From an uncultured Victivallales bacterium (GTDB lineage Bacteria > Verrucomicrobiota > Lentisphaeria > Victivallales > UBA1829), in assembly GCA_944390735.1 (NCBI GenBank), contig CALXRL010000087.1, positions 3,031 to 67,030 of the forward strand: a stretch of DNA of 64,000 bases, in the 5' to 3' direction. Position 1 is the stretch's first letter; each line of letters begins with the position of its first letter. Under the pieces are notes generated by a model. The model was given only the letters and a program-made list of their open reading frames with translations, was not told the origin of the DNA and did no database searches. Shown here piece by piece: positions 7,608-16,720 of the stretch. A program made the position numbers and the translations under genes.

Positions 7608-10281
7608 GACCGCTCCTCCCGCTCTCTGCCTCCGACTTCTCCCAGCGCCGGAAATGCTGTTCCGCCATTTTCCGGAGATCCGCGTTGAGATCGTGATAGA
7701 TCTCCTCTCCCGAGCAGGAAGAGTTTTTCAACAGAAGACGATACGCAAAACGACGGTCGTCGAAGATCGCGTTCAGGCGTTTGCGCAGATCCGTTCGCAG
7801 TTCGGGAAGATCGTCTCCGAGCTTCAGAAGACTGCGCAGCGTGTGCGAGAAAATCTGGACGTCCTCCGGGAACGTGGCAAGAATTCCGTAGAGGAATTCC
7901 GCGTCGGAAGGATTCCGGAAAAGTCCGAGCAGATGGATCGCCGCAAGGTTCCGGGGCTGATTCTGACGCGGATTGCGGGTCATGTTCGGACGGAACGGGT
8001 CATGGGTTTCCACCATCTCGCGCAGAATCGGACGCACAGAGTCGTCTCCGGCAAGCCCGAGGGCAAGAGCGGCATTCCGTTTTGTGTGTTCATCGCCCCG
8101 TTCCACCAGTTCGCGGAGAAGGGGGGCGTACTGTTCGGGATCCTGTGCGGCAAACCAGACCGCTTCTCCCGAAGTCTCGCCGGAGAGCAGTTCGCGGATG
8201 ACGTCGGGACCGACAGGATCACTTTCGGGAATCCGCTGCGTTTCGTCGAGCGTGCCGCTCTTCCGGACCTCCGCTTCCAGAAGATCCGGATCAAGTTCCC
8301 GGAGCGGACGGCCTGTCCGGATGCTCTGCGCGGCGGCAAGAGCTGCAATCTCTCCCAGCTTCTGAATCGAACGCTGCATGCGCAGATGCGACGCCATTGT
8401 GTGATCGACCGAGACGGCGCGTCCCGCGGTAATGAAATTCGTAAATCCCTTCACCAGCAGAATCTCCAGGGGAAGGGGCACGGTGACCCGTTTGCCCCAC
8501 AGACTTGCCACGACCATCCATTTGCAGGTTTCCTCGTCGGCGAACGCCCAGTCCTGCGAATGGTCGTCGAAATTGGAGTAGGCCCAGGCGAGTGTCCGGA
8601 ATCCGGAAGCTCGGTGCGTGATGGCATCGTGAAACGTGATGGTGTGTTCGCAGACGGGAAGTCTTCCCTCGCGCGCCCCGGGAATCTGAGTCAGCCAGAG
8701 TATCGGATCCTGCCGCTCCTGCGGCGACAGCGTGTGCTGGGCGTTGGAGGAGAGAATCCCTTCCGTGATGCTTTCCGGATCGGACATCCGGATATAGCCC
8801 GCATCGAAGTTGGAGAACGCCGTGCCGTTTCCCCGCGCCGTCACGCGGACGCTGGAGAAGGGCTGGCAGCGTCCGTCGAATTCGCGTCCTTCCCGGAACT
8901 CCGCGCCGATCATGGCGGAAAGATCGCCGTTTCCGGTCGCGTCAATCAGGATCCGGCAGCCGATGTCGCGCACTCCCTCCGGAGTGGCGGCCCGGACGCC
9001 CAGCACCGTTTTCCCTTCGGCATCCAGCCAGACTCCGATCACCGAAGTTTCATAAAGAATTCGTCCGCCGTTTTTCAGAATCCGCGACTCAATGACCATT
9101 CCCTTGGCATCGGCATTGTACTTGTGGTTCGGTTCAAAATGTTCGGCGCGGATCGCATTGCTTTCCGCATCGATGGATTCGAATGCGCCGCCCGGATAGT
9201 CGTAATAATAGGCCGTGACCCCTCCCGCCGTTCCCGTGCCGCCGGCAAGCGGAAGTTTCTCAAGCGCCGCAACCGCGATTCCGTGTTCCGCCGCCGTCAC
9301 CGCCGCCAGCGATCCGCCCGTGCCGAGTCCGGCCACCAGCAGGTCCGTGGAAAACTCGAACGTGACCGCCCGACGGGTCCGGATACAGCGCTCCCCCTTT
9401 AATTCCGAATACAGCGGCAGCTCCGGAGAAGGGGAGGCGTTCCCGCTGAAATTGACCACGCATTTCGCCTCCGGCAGTTCCATCGGATGCCGAGGCGCGT
9501 TTCCCAGAGGAAGTTCCGCATGGTCCAGCGCCGCCAGCGGATTGGCATCGCGCACCGGATTCATCCAGTAGAGATTTTCTCCCAGTTCTGCCGCGGAAAG
9601 AGCCATGTGGTATCCGGCCTGTTTGGCGATGGAACGGATTCTGCCCGCTTTCCGTTCGCCGCTCCGCTCCGCCCAGCGCTGAAGAAGAACTCTCCGCATT
9701 TCAGGATACGATACCCCGGCGGGAAATTCGCAGGTGAAAAAGAGTTCGTCGGCCGTTCTGCCGCGATGGAACGTGAGGCCGCTTTCCTTCCAGGAAAGGA
9801 AGGCCTCCGGCGTTTCCGTATGGATCTCCGCCGCAAGAAACTGACCCGTGCAGAAGGTCCGTGCAAAAGCGGGAAACAGACGGCAGTTCGGAGTGGTGTC
9901 GATCAGAGTCGTGCAGCGGATCGTGTCAATGCCGCCGGCATCGCAGAAGACCACTTCCCACTCATTCCCGACTCGTTTCACCTCCAGAATCTCCAGCCAG
10001 AGTTTGAACTGACGGCTATGCGGAAGCAGCGCCCGGTAGAGAAGAGGGGCCAGCGCATAGGCGTCGTTCAGCGCCCCGCGTCGTTGCAGTTCCTCCTGAA
10101 GGGCGCGGACGGAAGCGGATTTCAGTGGCTGATCCATCGGCGTGACCATCCGGTAGGTGTCGAAATATTCTCCTCCGATCACCGCTCCGCGTTCCAGAAC
10201 CGTTGCGTTTCCCGCTCCGTTCAGCACCAGACCCGCTGCAAGACAGCTTCCTCCGAGAATGACTGTGTCCGAATGTTTCAT
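7591..10281 (-). CDS. large cytoplasmic FAD-dependent oxidoreductase with two dinucleotide-binding regions and C-terminal HEAT-like repeats
   Basis: ORF 7591..10614 trimmed to MKHSDTVILGGSCLAAG (ATG 10281). A second motif reads LLVAGLGTGGSLAAVTAAEHG...AGGTGTAGG. HEAT-like repeats include AALALGLAGDDSVRPILREMV. There is no signal peptide. It overlaps the IclR start by 17 nt. Confidence 0.8.
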   Translation of the reverse strand: MKHSDTVILGGSCLAAGLVLNGAGNATVLERGAVIGGEYFDTYRMVTPMDQPLKSASVRALQEELQRRGALNDAYALAPLLYRALLPHSRQFKLWLEILEVKRVGNEWEVVFCDAGGIDTIRCTTLIDTTPNCRLFPAFARTFCTGQFLAAEIHTETPEAFLSWKESGLTFHRGRTADELFFTCEFPAGVSYPEMRRVLLQRWAERSGERKAGRIRSIAKQAGYHMALSAAELGENLYWMNPVRDANPLAALDHAELPLGNAPRHPMELPEAKCVVNFSGNASPSPELPLYSELKGERCIRTRRAVTFEFSTDLLVAGLGTGGSLAAVTAAEHGIAVAALEKLPLAGGTGTAGGVTAYYYDYPGGAFESIDAESNAIRAEHFEPNHKYNADAKGMVIESRILKNGGRILYETSVIGVWLDAEGKTVLGVRAATPEGVRDIGCRILIDATGNGDLSAMIGAEFREGREFDGRCQPFSSVRVTARGNGTAFSNFDAGYIRMSDPESITEGILSSNAQHTLSPQERQDPILWLTQIPGAREGRLPVCEHTITFHDAITHRASGFRTLAWAYSNFDDHSQDWAFADEETCKWMVVASLWGKRVTVPLPLEILLVKGFTNFITAGRAVSVDHTMASHLRMQRSIQKLGEIAALAAAQSIRTGRPLRELDPDLLEAEVRKSGTLDETQRIPESDPVGPDVIRELLSGETSGEAVWFAAQDPEQYAPLLRELVERGDEHTKRNAALALGLAGDDSVRPILREMVETHDPFRPNMTRNPRQNQPRNLAAIHLLGLFRNPSDAEFLYGILATFPEDVQIFSHTLRSLLKLGDDLPELRTDLRKRLNAIFDDRRFAYRLLLKNSSCSGEEIYHDLNADLRKMAEQHFRRWEKSEAESGRSGHDSGD

Positions 10282-10540
10282 GGCGTTTTCTCCTTTTGTA
10301 TTAAATAATATTGAATTTAATTTACTGATATTTAATATAGCAGAGAACAGGAACGATTGCAAGTGCCGGGGGAAGGGGACGGAACGGAAAAGGGAGGCGG
10401 CGGAGCGGGGAACGGAGAGCAGTTTGTCCAGAAAATTGTTGGATTCCTGCAGGGAAAACGATTTGAAAATTTCTGTTTTTCCTGTATCGTTATCCTGTCG
10501 TTTCACACGGTTCAAGAGACAACAAGGAAAGGATGCGATC

Positions 10541-11152
10541 ATGTTGGCCGAACAACTGGAAAAAGTGAAAATTGTTCCTGTTCTGGTGCTGAATTCACTG
10601 GACGAGGGACTCAAGGTGTGCGAACAGCTTTATGCGAACGGACTGCCCGCGGCGGAAATCACATTCCGCACGGAAGCGGCGGAAGCGGTGATCCGCGAGG
10701 CGTCGAAACGCTTTCCGGAGATGTTCCTGGGAGCGGGCACGGTTCTGAATGTGAAAGATCTTCACCGTGCGTTCGATGCAGGCGCAAAATTCGCGGTGGC
10801 GCCGGGATTCAATCCGAAGGTGGTTGCGGAAGCGGTCTCCTGCAATCTGAATTTCTTTCCCGCGGTCTGCACCCCCAGCGAGGTGGAGCAGGCAATGGAG
10901 TTCGGCTGCCGGATGCTGAAATTCTTCCCGGCGGAGGCCTGCGGAGGAGTGCCGATGCTGAAATCCATCATCGCTCCCTACAAGCATCTCGGCGTGAAAT
11001 TCATGCCGACCGGCGGAGTGAAACCGGCGAATGTGGAATCGTATCTTCAGATTCCGGAAGTCGCGGCGGTTGGCGGAACCTGGCTGAACAAGTGCGACGA
11101 CGAAACGATCCGCCAGGCCGTGGAAATCGCAAAAAAATACATCAAACAGTAA
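10541..11152 (+). CDS. eda: 2-dehydro-3-deoxyphosphogluconate (KDPG) / 4-hydroxy-2-oxoglutarate aldolase
   Basis: ORF 10157..11152 trimmed to ATG 10541 (MLAEQLEKVKIVPVL). The motifs EITFRT, GAGTVLN, KFFPAEA and FMPTGGV are present. Confidence 0.9.
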   Translation: MLAEQLEKVKIVPVLVLNSLDEGLKVCEQLYANGLPAAEITFRTEAAEAVIREASKRFPEMFLGAGTVLNVKDLHRAFDAGAKFAVAPGFNPKVVAEAVSCNLNFFPAVCTPSEVEQAMEFGCRMLKFFPAEACGGVPMLKSIIAPYKHLGVKFMPTGGVKPANVESYLQIPEVAAVGGTWLNKCDDETIRQAVEIAKKYIKQ

Positions 11153-11164
11153 GGAGCCGCCGCT

Positions 11165-12259
11165 ATGTTGCAGACAAAATCACCTGATTCATGCCGATAC
11201 GATATCATTTCCCTGGGCGAAGTGATGCTCCGTCTGGATCCCGGCGAGGGAAGAATTCATACGACACGCTCGTTCCGGGTCTGGGAGGGGGGCGGCGAAT
11301 ACAACGTCGCACGGGGACTGCGCCGCTGCTTCGGCAAGCGTGCCGCTGTTGTAACGGCGTTCGCGGACAATCCGGTCGGCCGTCTCGTCGAGGATTTCAT
11401 TCTTCAGGGCGGAGTCGATACCTCCCTGATCCGCTGGGTGCCGTATGACGGAATCGGCAGAAATGTCCGAAACGGTCTGAACTTCACGGAGCGCGGATTC
11501 GGCGTTCGCGGAGCGGTCGGCTGCTCCGACCGCGGAAACACCGCCGTTTCCCAGCTCAAGGCCGGCGAGATCGACTGGGATTACATCTTCGGAAAACTCG
11601 GCTCCCGCTGGCTGCATACCGGCGGAATCTTCGCGGCGCTCTCCGATACCACGCCCGATGTCGTGATCGAGGCTCTCAAGGCGGCAAAAAAATATGGAAC
11701 CATGACCAGCTACGATCTGAACTACCGGCCTTCGCTCTGGAAGGGCATCGGCGGAAAGGCGCGCGCGCAGGAGGTCAATAAGGAGATCGCCAAATATGTC
11801 GATGTGATGATCGGCAACGAGGAGGATTTCACCGCCTGTCTCGGGTTCGAAGTCGCCGGAGCGGACGAAAAACTGACCACGCTTCCCGTGGAGGGCTTCA
11901 AGAAAATGATCGGACAGGTGGTTGCGGCTTACCCGAACTTCAAAGCGGTGGCCACGACGCTGCGCACCGTCAGGACGGCGACCGTCAACGACTGGAGCGC
12001 GATCCTCTGGCAGGACGGCAAATTCTATCAGGCGGTCCAGCGGGACGGTCTGGAGATTCTCGACCGCGTCGGCGGCGGCGACAGCTTCGCTTCCGGCCTG
12101 ATCTACGGACTCATGGAAAAAGAGGATCCCGAACTGGCGGTCAATTACGGCGCCGCGCATGGAGCGCTGGCCATGACAACCCCCGGCGACACCAGCATGG
12201 CGACGCTCAAAGAGGTGGAAAAACTGGTCGGAGGCGCCGGCGCCCGTGTGGACCGGTAA
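11165..12259 (+). CDS. kdgK: PfkB-family sugar kinase, 2-dehydro-3-deoxygluconokinase-like
   Basis: It has the motifs SLGEVMLRLDP and GGGEYNVARGL and the PfkB signature DRVGGGDSFASGLIYG. It lies directly after eda. Confidence 0.85.
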   Translation: MLQTKSPDSCRYDIISLGEVMLRLDPGEGRIHTTRSFRVWEGGGEYNVARGLRRCFGKRAAVVTAFADNPVGRLVEDFILQGGVDTSLIRWVPYDGIGRNVRNGLNFTERGFGVRGAVGCSDRGNTAVSQLKAGEIDWDYIFGKLGSRWLHTGGIFAALSDTTPDVVIEALKAAKKYGTMTSYDLNYRPSLWKGIGGKARAQEVNKEIAKYVDVMIGNEEDFTACLGFEVAGADEKLTTLPVEGFKKMIGQVVAAYPNFKAVATTLRTVRTATVNDWSAILWQDGKFYQAVQRDGLEILDRVGGGDSFASGLIYGLMEKEDPELAVNYGAAHGALAMTTPGDTSMATLKEVEKLVGGAGARVDR

Positions 12260-12291
12260 GCACATTCCTCCGAACGGAAGAAAACAGGAAA

Positions 12292-12320
12292 GGGGCTCCG
12301 ATCCGGAGCTCCTTTTTTTT
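12292..12320 (+). terminator. rho-independent terminator after kdgK (possibly shared with the convergent gene)
   Basis: A 9-bp stem pairs 12292-12300 with 12304-12312, including one G-U pair. The loop is atc, and T8 follows at 12313-12320. Confidence 0.75.
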
Positions 12321-12379
12321 GCATGCGTTCCGCTCCGGGCATTTCGCAGGGTTCCGGTTCCGCTGTGCGGAACAAAGAG

Positions 12380-14419
12380 TCAGCGGCTTTTTTTCCGGTC
12401 GGGGAACGCCTGCCGGATTCTGGAATAGGGGGCCTCTCCGGGGAGTCCGCGGGAACCGATGATCCAGGCGTTCTCCGGATAGTTGTGCATGGCCAGACTG
12501 TCGCCCCATGGAAAAAGCGGAACATCCGCGGGCACGGAGCCGGAGAGAAACGGAAGCGATGAAACGTCGAGCTGATTGGTTTCCAGAACCGGTTCCGGAG
12601 TGGTTCTGCCGTCGACGGCATGGGTCTGCACGCCGAAATTCGCGGGCGTGTAGCAGACTTCAAACTGCACGTCGTTTCGTTTGAAGCGCACAAACCGATG
12701 CCGGTGGATGGTGTAATCCACCAGCAGAAAGTCGGAATTCATCCGATGAAACTCCTCCAGCGATTTCCACTTGCGCCGACTGTCGATGGTGAAGACGAAT
12801 CCGTTCTGAATGAATTCCAGCTCATCGGTGTCGAACCGGCGGTTCTCCCCATCGTAGTTGATCAGTTCCAGCACCTGATAGCGGGTTTCGTTCCGGAATC
12901 GGATCGCGCACGTTCTCGGAAGGGCGGTCGGGATCAGCGGAACGATGTGGAGGAAGACCTCGCCCGTTTCGATGGAGACGGGCACGACTTCGGCACTCTC
13001 CCCTTCTCCTCCTTCGCGGACGGCTCCATTGCCGATCACGCTGCGGCGGATTGTTCCGTAATGCGCGGGAAAGACGATGTCCAGTTTCAGAATGTCCGTT
13101 CGGAGCGGAATGTGTTTCGTCAGATTGGGAATGGTCAGAAGCATTGCCGTATTGGTTTTCTGAATCGCATACGCCCAGGCTTCGGATTCCATGTATTTTT
13201 CATTTTGGAAGCAGCCGTCGGCGGAGCGCTCCTGGATTCCAATGGGAGTGCGGTCCGTCCGATAGCGGTAGAAGACAGCGGAGGAGTCGCGGAAGGTTTT
13301 CACCTCCGGTTGGCGCTTGTAGGTGGCGTAGAGCTGGAGGGTCTGCTCCCCGCCGCAGAGGGGGGTGTCCACCGTGCCGAGGGAGAACTCCTCTTCCATG
13401 TAGGAGACTGTATGATACTCTCCGGCGCAGCCGTTGTAGTGCATCATGCACTCGGCGCGCCCGCGGGTCAGCGCCGGATAGGTGCGCGTTTCGATCAGGG
13501 AGGCCAGCGTCTCCGGAAGATGGAAGTCGCTGTCGATCAGGTCGCAGTATTCCGCGACGGACTGCATGCAGTTGCCTGCAAAATGGATGACCTCCGTTCC
13601 GTCCGGATCAAAGTAGCTTTTCATCAGGTCGCGTCCGGTTGTTTCAGGTCCGAAGAGCAGCCAGAAGAGCATCTGAAGCGAATGATTGTGTCCGGCACAG
13701 TCGATTGCATATGCCCGGCACTGGGGGCCGCCGCTCATCCTGGTGCCGGGATGATAGTGCAGAAGCACTTCCGCCCAGAGGCGTTCTTCGCACTCCTCCG
13801 CGATCCGCCGAACCCGCGGATCGTGTGCCCGCGCCGCGATTTTCGCCAGATTCGAAAGCGTGATCGCCGAGTAGGTCGAAGAGTTGAACTCGCTTGCCCA
13901 TGCCGAACGCGAAAGAAGACGGCGGAATTCATTCAGATTCCAGACCCCCTGCTCATACGCCTGTTCGCACTTCAGCTTTTCTCCTCCGAGGATCAGTGCC
14001 TTGGTGGACATCATCGGCATGTTGTCGTTGCATCCGTGGAACTTGAGATCCGACTGGGCCGATCCTTCGTAGGTCCGGAAAGCCTGACGGGCATGATGCG
14101 TCATGACCGCTCTTGCCTTGTCCGTCAGAAGCGGATCGAATTCCGCGAGAAATCCTGCAAACAGATTGGATTGAAAGACGTTGTACCGTCTTCCCTCCGG
14201 AGTGTCGTTGTACCGTTCGATCATCCGGTTGGCCAGCGCCGCATCCTCCGCTTTTCCCCGGAGAAGCGCGGGGAGGATCCAGACCGGCTCGCGCCACGGA
14301 GGATTGAACTGCGGGATCCTGCCGGAGCCATCCGAATTCAGCACAGAGGAGAGGTGACGGCGCACGGCGGAAAAGAATTCGTTCCGCCGCGCATCAACAG
14401 CTTCCTTGTTCCACGGCAT
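12380..14419 (-). CDS. 679-aa cytoplasmic protein of unknown family; candidate oligosaccharide lyase/hydrolase by context
   Basis: A GGAGG RBS lies 11 nt upstream of ATG 14419. There is no signal peptide. It starts 6 nt after the stop of the beta-helix gene. Family not recognised. Confidence 0.7.
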   Translation of the reverse strand: MPWNKEAVDARRNEFFSAVRRHLSSVLNSDGSGRIPQFNPPWREPVWILPALLRGKAEDAALANRMIERYNDTPEGRRYNVFQSNLFAGFLAEFDPLLTDKARAVMTHHARQAFRTYEGSAQSDLKFHGCNDNMPMMSTKALILGGEKLKCEQAYEQGVWNLNEFRRLLSRSAWASEFNSSTYSAITLSNLAKIAARAHDPRVRRIAEECEERLWAEVLLHYHPGTRMSGGPQCRAYAIDCAGHNHSLQMLFWLLFGPETTGRDLMKSYFDPDGTEVIHFAGNCMQSVAEYCDLIDSDFHLPETLASLIETRTYPALTRGRAECMMHYNGCAGEYHTVSYMEEEFSLGTVDTPLCGGEQTLQLYATYKRQPEVKTFRDSSAVFYRYRTDRTPIGIQERSADGCFQNEKYMESEAWAYAIQKTNTAMLLTIPNLTKHIPLRTDILKLDIVFPAHYGTIRRSVIGNGAVREGGEGESAEVVPVSIETGEVFLHIVPLIPTALPRTCAIRFRNETRYQVLELINYDGENRRFDTDELEFIQNGFVFTIDSRRKWKSLEEFHRMNSDFLLVDYTIHRHRFVRFKRNDVQFEVCYTPANFGVQTHAVDGRTTPEPVLETNQLDVSSLPFLSGSVPADVPLFPWGDSLAMHNYPENAWIIGSRGLPGEAPYSRIRQAFPDRKKSR

Positions 14420-14425
14420 GGCGGA

Positions 14426-16681
14426 TTATTCCTCCTTGAGAAACGGATAGTTCAGGGTCTGATCGAGAGATCCGAGTTTCCGCAGCGCCAGCATGGAGCG
14501 GATGGTCAGCGCGGGGTCCTCCTTCGCTCCGGTCAGATTCAGCTGCGCACGATTGTATTCGGACGAGCCGTTTGAACCAAGGAAAAAGACCGGATGATTT
14601 TCGGGCAACACCTTCAGTCCTTTCAGATAGAAGTAGGTTCCGGAAAAACCCAGTTTGCTGGAGGTGTCCGTAACGGAGATCCCGATTTCGGACTTCGGCG
14701 CATAGAACTGCGAGGCGAAGAAGTCGATGCCTCCGCGGAAGCCGTCGATCCGGATGGGTTTGTCGATTTTGACGCATCCCATGGTGACGTGTCCTTCCGG
14801 ATCGCCGCTTTTTCCGAGAAACGTGAGCGTTTCCGGCATTGCCTGTTCGATATAGAAGTCGCTGGTGGTGAAGGGATGGCTGTCCTCCAGATAGACGCTG
14901 TACCGCGAAAGAGTGGCCAGGCGGGTGATGATTCCGAAGAATCCGCCTCTTGCCTTCCCCTTCGCCCAGACGGTCCCTTCGTAACCGACCCGCTGAAGAA
15001 TGGTTGCCGCCCCGCTGTTGAAAACATGAATGTTGCCCTCGGTATTGTTCAGAATGACGGTGTCCTTCGCCGTCAGGTTTTCAAAGCGGAAGCCCAGGTG
15101 GAAAGGAATGAAAACGTATTTTCCTGCGACATAGATAGAGTCATAGGTGACAAGGGAACCGTTCTTCGAGGGATACTGCCGGAGATCCGCTCCGCGTCCC
15201 TGAAAATCACAGACTTTTCCATGGGATGCGGCATCCTCCCGTTTCGGCGCGGGCCTGAAGACGAGACCGTCGCGTTTGATGCACATGCTGCTCAGATGAA
15301 GTCTTCCTTCGGGACGGACGTTGATTGCGTTTTCATCGGGAGCGCCCGCAAAGAGGATCTCCGCTTTCATTGTCGATCCGCCGAACCGGAACTCCTTTCC
15401 GCAGACTTCCAGCGGTCTGGTGGTGCGGTACGTCCCGGCGGGCAGATAGGCGATCGCGTTTCCGCCATGGGATTTTGCCGCGTCGATGGTTTTCTGAATG
15501 GCGGCCGTATCGTCGGTTTTTCCGTCGCCCCTGGCTCCGAAATCCGTTACCGCGTCAAAGAGTTTGCCCGGAAGGGGGACGGTTTTCGGAAGGAAACACA
15601 TGCGTTCCGAAAGTCTGACGGGAGAGCGTCCCGGGATCGAAATCCGTGTCCTTGCGCGGAGGGGGACTTTGGAAAACTGCCGGAAGCCGAGAAGCGTGTT
15701 GTTCGCGTCCAGAACCGGCTGCGCCGGATCCGCCTGAAGAAAACAGACGGAGGAGTTCCGATGTTTCAGCGTATTGTCAAACAGCGTGAGCGGCGCGCCG
15801 GAGGAGAGAATGGCCGAGTCGGTTTTCCAGTCGACGATCAGACAGTTTTCGACGGTCATCGGGGCAACCGGGTTGCGGAACTCCAGAAACCGACCCGATC
15901 CGACGGAAATCGAACGACGGATGCTTGACGCATGTTCCGGATTGGCGGAGACATCCGTCCCGTTGTTTTCAAATTTGCAGTTGCGGACGTAGAAATTGCC
16001 GTTGAGACATTCGACTCCATAGCGTTTGTTGTTCCGGAAATGACAGCCGTCAAAGGAAAAGTTGTAGTCGTTGAACCGGAGGAATCCGGCTCCGGTGTTG
16101 CAGTTGTCAAAGATCATGTTCACGAAAGCCGTTTCCGCTCCGCACGCCTCCTTTCCGAAGAGAATTCCGTATTCCCGGAAGTTCTTCAGCTCCATGTACT
16201 GGTGATAAAGATGGGTTTCAAACAGGTTTTTCCCGTTGATGAAATTCGAGTGGAGGATGCCGGTGGAGGCTTTGCCGCCGCCGTCGAGAACGAAACCCTT
16301 CATGCAGTAGTGAAGCATGCCGTAGATGCGGATCATGGTGCCGTTTTCCGGTCCGGCATAGCGGAGAATCGTGGAGCGTCCATGACCGTAGAATGCGTTC
16401 CCGAGCAGACGTCGCTCACTTGATTTCTGCTGTTTCCGGATGCGGAGTTCCTCTTTGATGAGATAGGTGCCGGGAGGAAAATAGAGGATGTCGCCATCTT
16501 TCAGTTCCAGAAAGAGTTTCTGGAGGGGTTTTGTGTCATCGGTTTTTCCATCCCCTTTGACGCCGTGATTCCTGACGTTGATCCAGTCGCTGCCCGGAAT
16601 CCAGTTCAGGTCCGGGAGGGTTGCTCCCCGGAGGAGCAGCGCGGAGAACAGTGCGGCGAAGAGAAATAAGAACTTTTTCAT
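14426..16681 (-). CDS. secreted two-lobed right-handed beta-helix protein (pectate-lyase superfamily, GH55- or GH28-like)
   Basis: The signal peptide is MKKFLFLFAALFSALLLRG. The N-cap motif occurs twice: VRNHGVKGDGKTDDTKPLQKLF and VTDFGARGDGKTDDTAAIQKTIDAA. Confidence 0.85.
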   Translation of the reverse strand: MKKFLFLFAALFSALLLRGATLPDLNWIPGSDWINVRNHGVKGDGKTDDTKPLQKLFLELKDGDILYFPPGTYLIKEELRIRKQQKSSERRLLGNAFYGHGRSTILRYAGPENGTMIRIYGMLHYCMKGFVLDGGGKASTGILHSNFINGKNLFETHLYHQYMELKNFREYGILFGKEACGAETAFVNMIFDNCNTGAGFLRFNDYNFSFDGCHFRNNKRYGVECLNGNFYVRNCKFENNGTDVSANPEHASSIRRSISVGSGRFLEFRNPVAPMTVENCLIVDWKTDSAILSSGAPLTLFDNTLKHRNSSVCFLQADPAQPVLDANNTLLGFRQFSKVPLRARTRISIPGRSPVRLSERMCFLPKTVPLPGKLFDAVTDFGARGDGKTDDTAAIQKTIDAAKSHGGNAIAYLPAGTYRTTRPLEVCGKEFRFGGSTMKAEILFAGAPDENAINVRPEGRLHLSSMCIKRDGLVFRPAPKREDAASHGKVCDFQGRGADLRQYPSKNGSLVTYDSIYVAGKYVFIPFHLGFRFENLTAKDTVILNNTEGNIHVFNSGAATILQRVGYEGTVWAKGKARGGFFGIITRLATLSRYSVYLEDSHPFTTSDFYIEQAMPETLTFLGKSGDPEGHVTMGCVKIDKPIRIDGFRGGIDFFASQFYAPKSEIGISVTDTSSKLGFSGTYFYLKGLKVLPENHPVFFLGSNGSSEYNRAQLNLTGAKEDPALTIRSMLALRKLGSLDQTLNYPFLKEE

Positions 16682-16720
16682 GCGGAATCCTTTCTGAAGA
16701 TTGCTGTTTTTCGGGGGATT

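Noticed and set aside
7606-9402. 598-aa plus-strand ORF antisense to the FAD-oxidoreductase gene
   Set aside because: It is a shadow ORF typical of GC-rich DNA. It has Arg/Pro/Gly-rich low-complexity translation and no motifs, and the opposite strand has clear domain motifs.
12620-14575. 651-aa plus-strand ORF antisense to the 679-aa gene
   Set aside because: It has the same shadow-ORF signature. It spans a gene boundary on the other strand and lacks an RBS or recognisable motifs.
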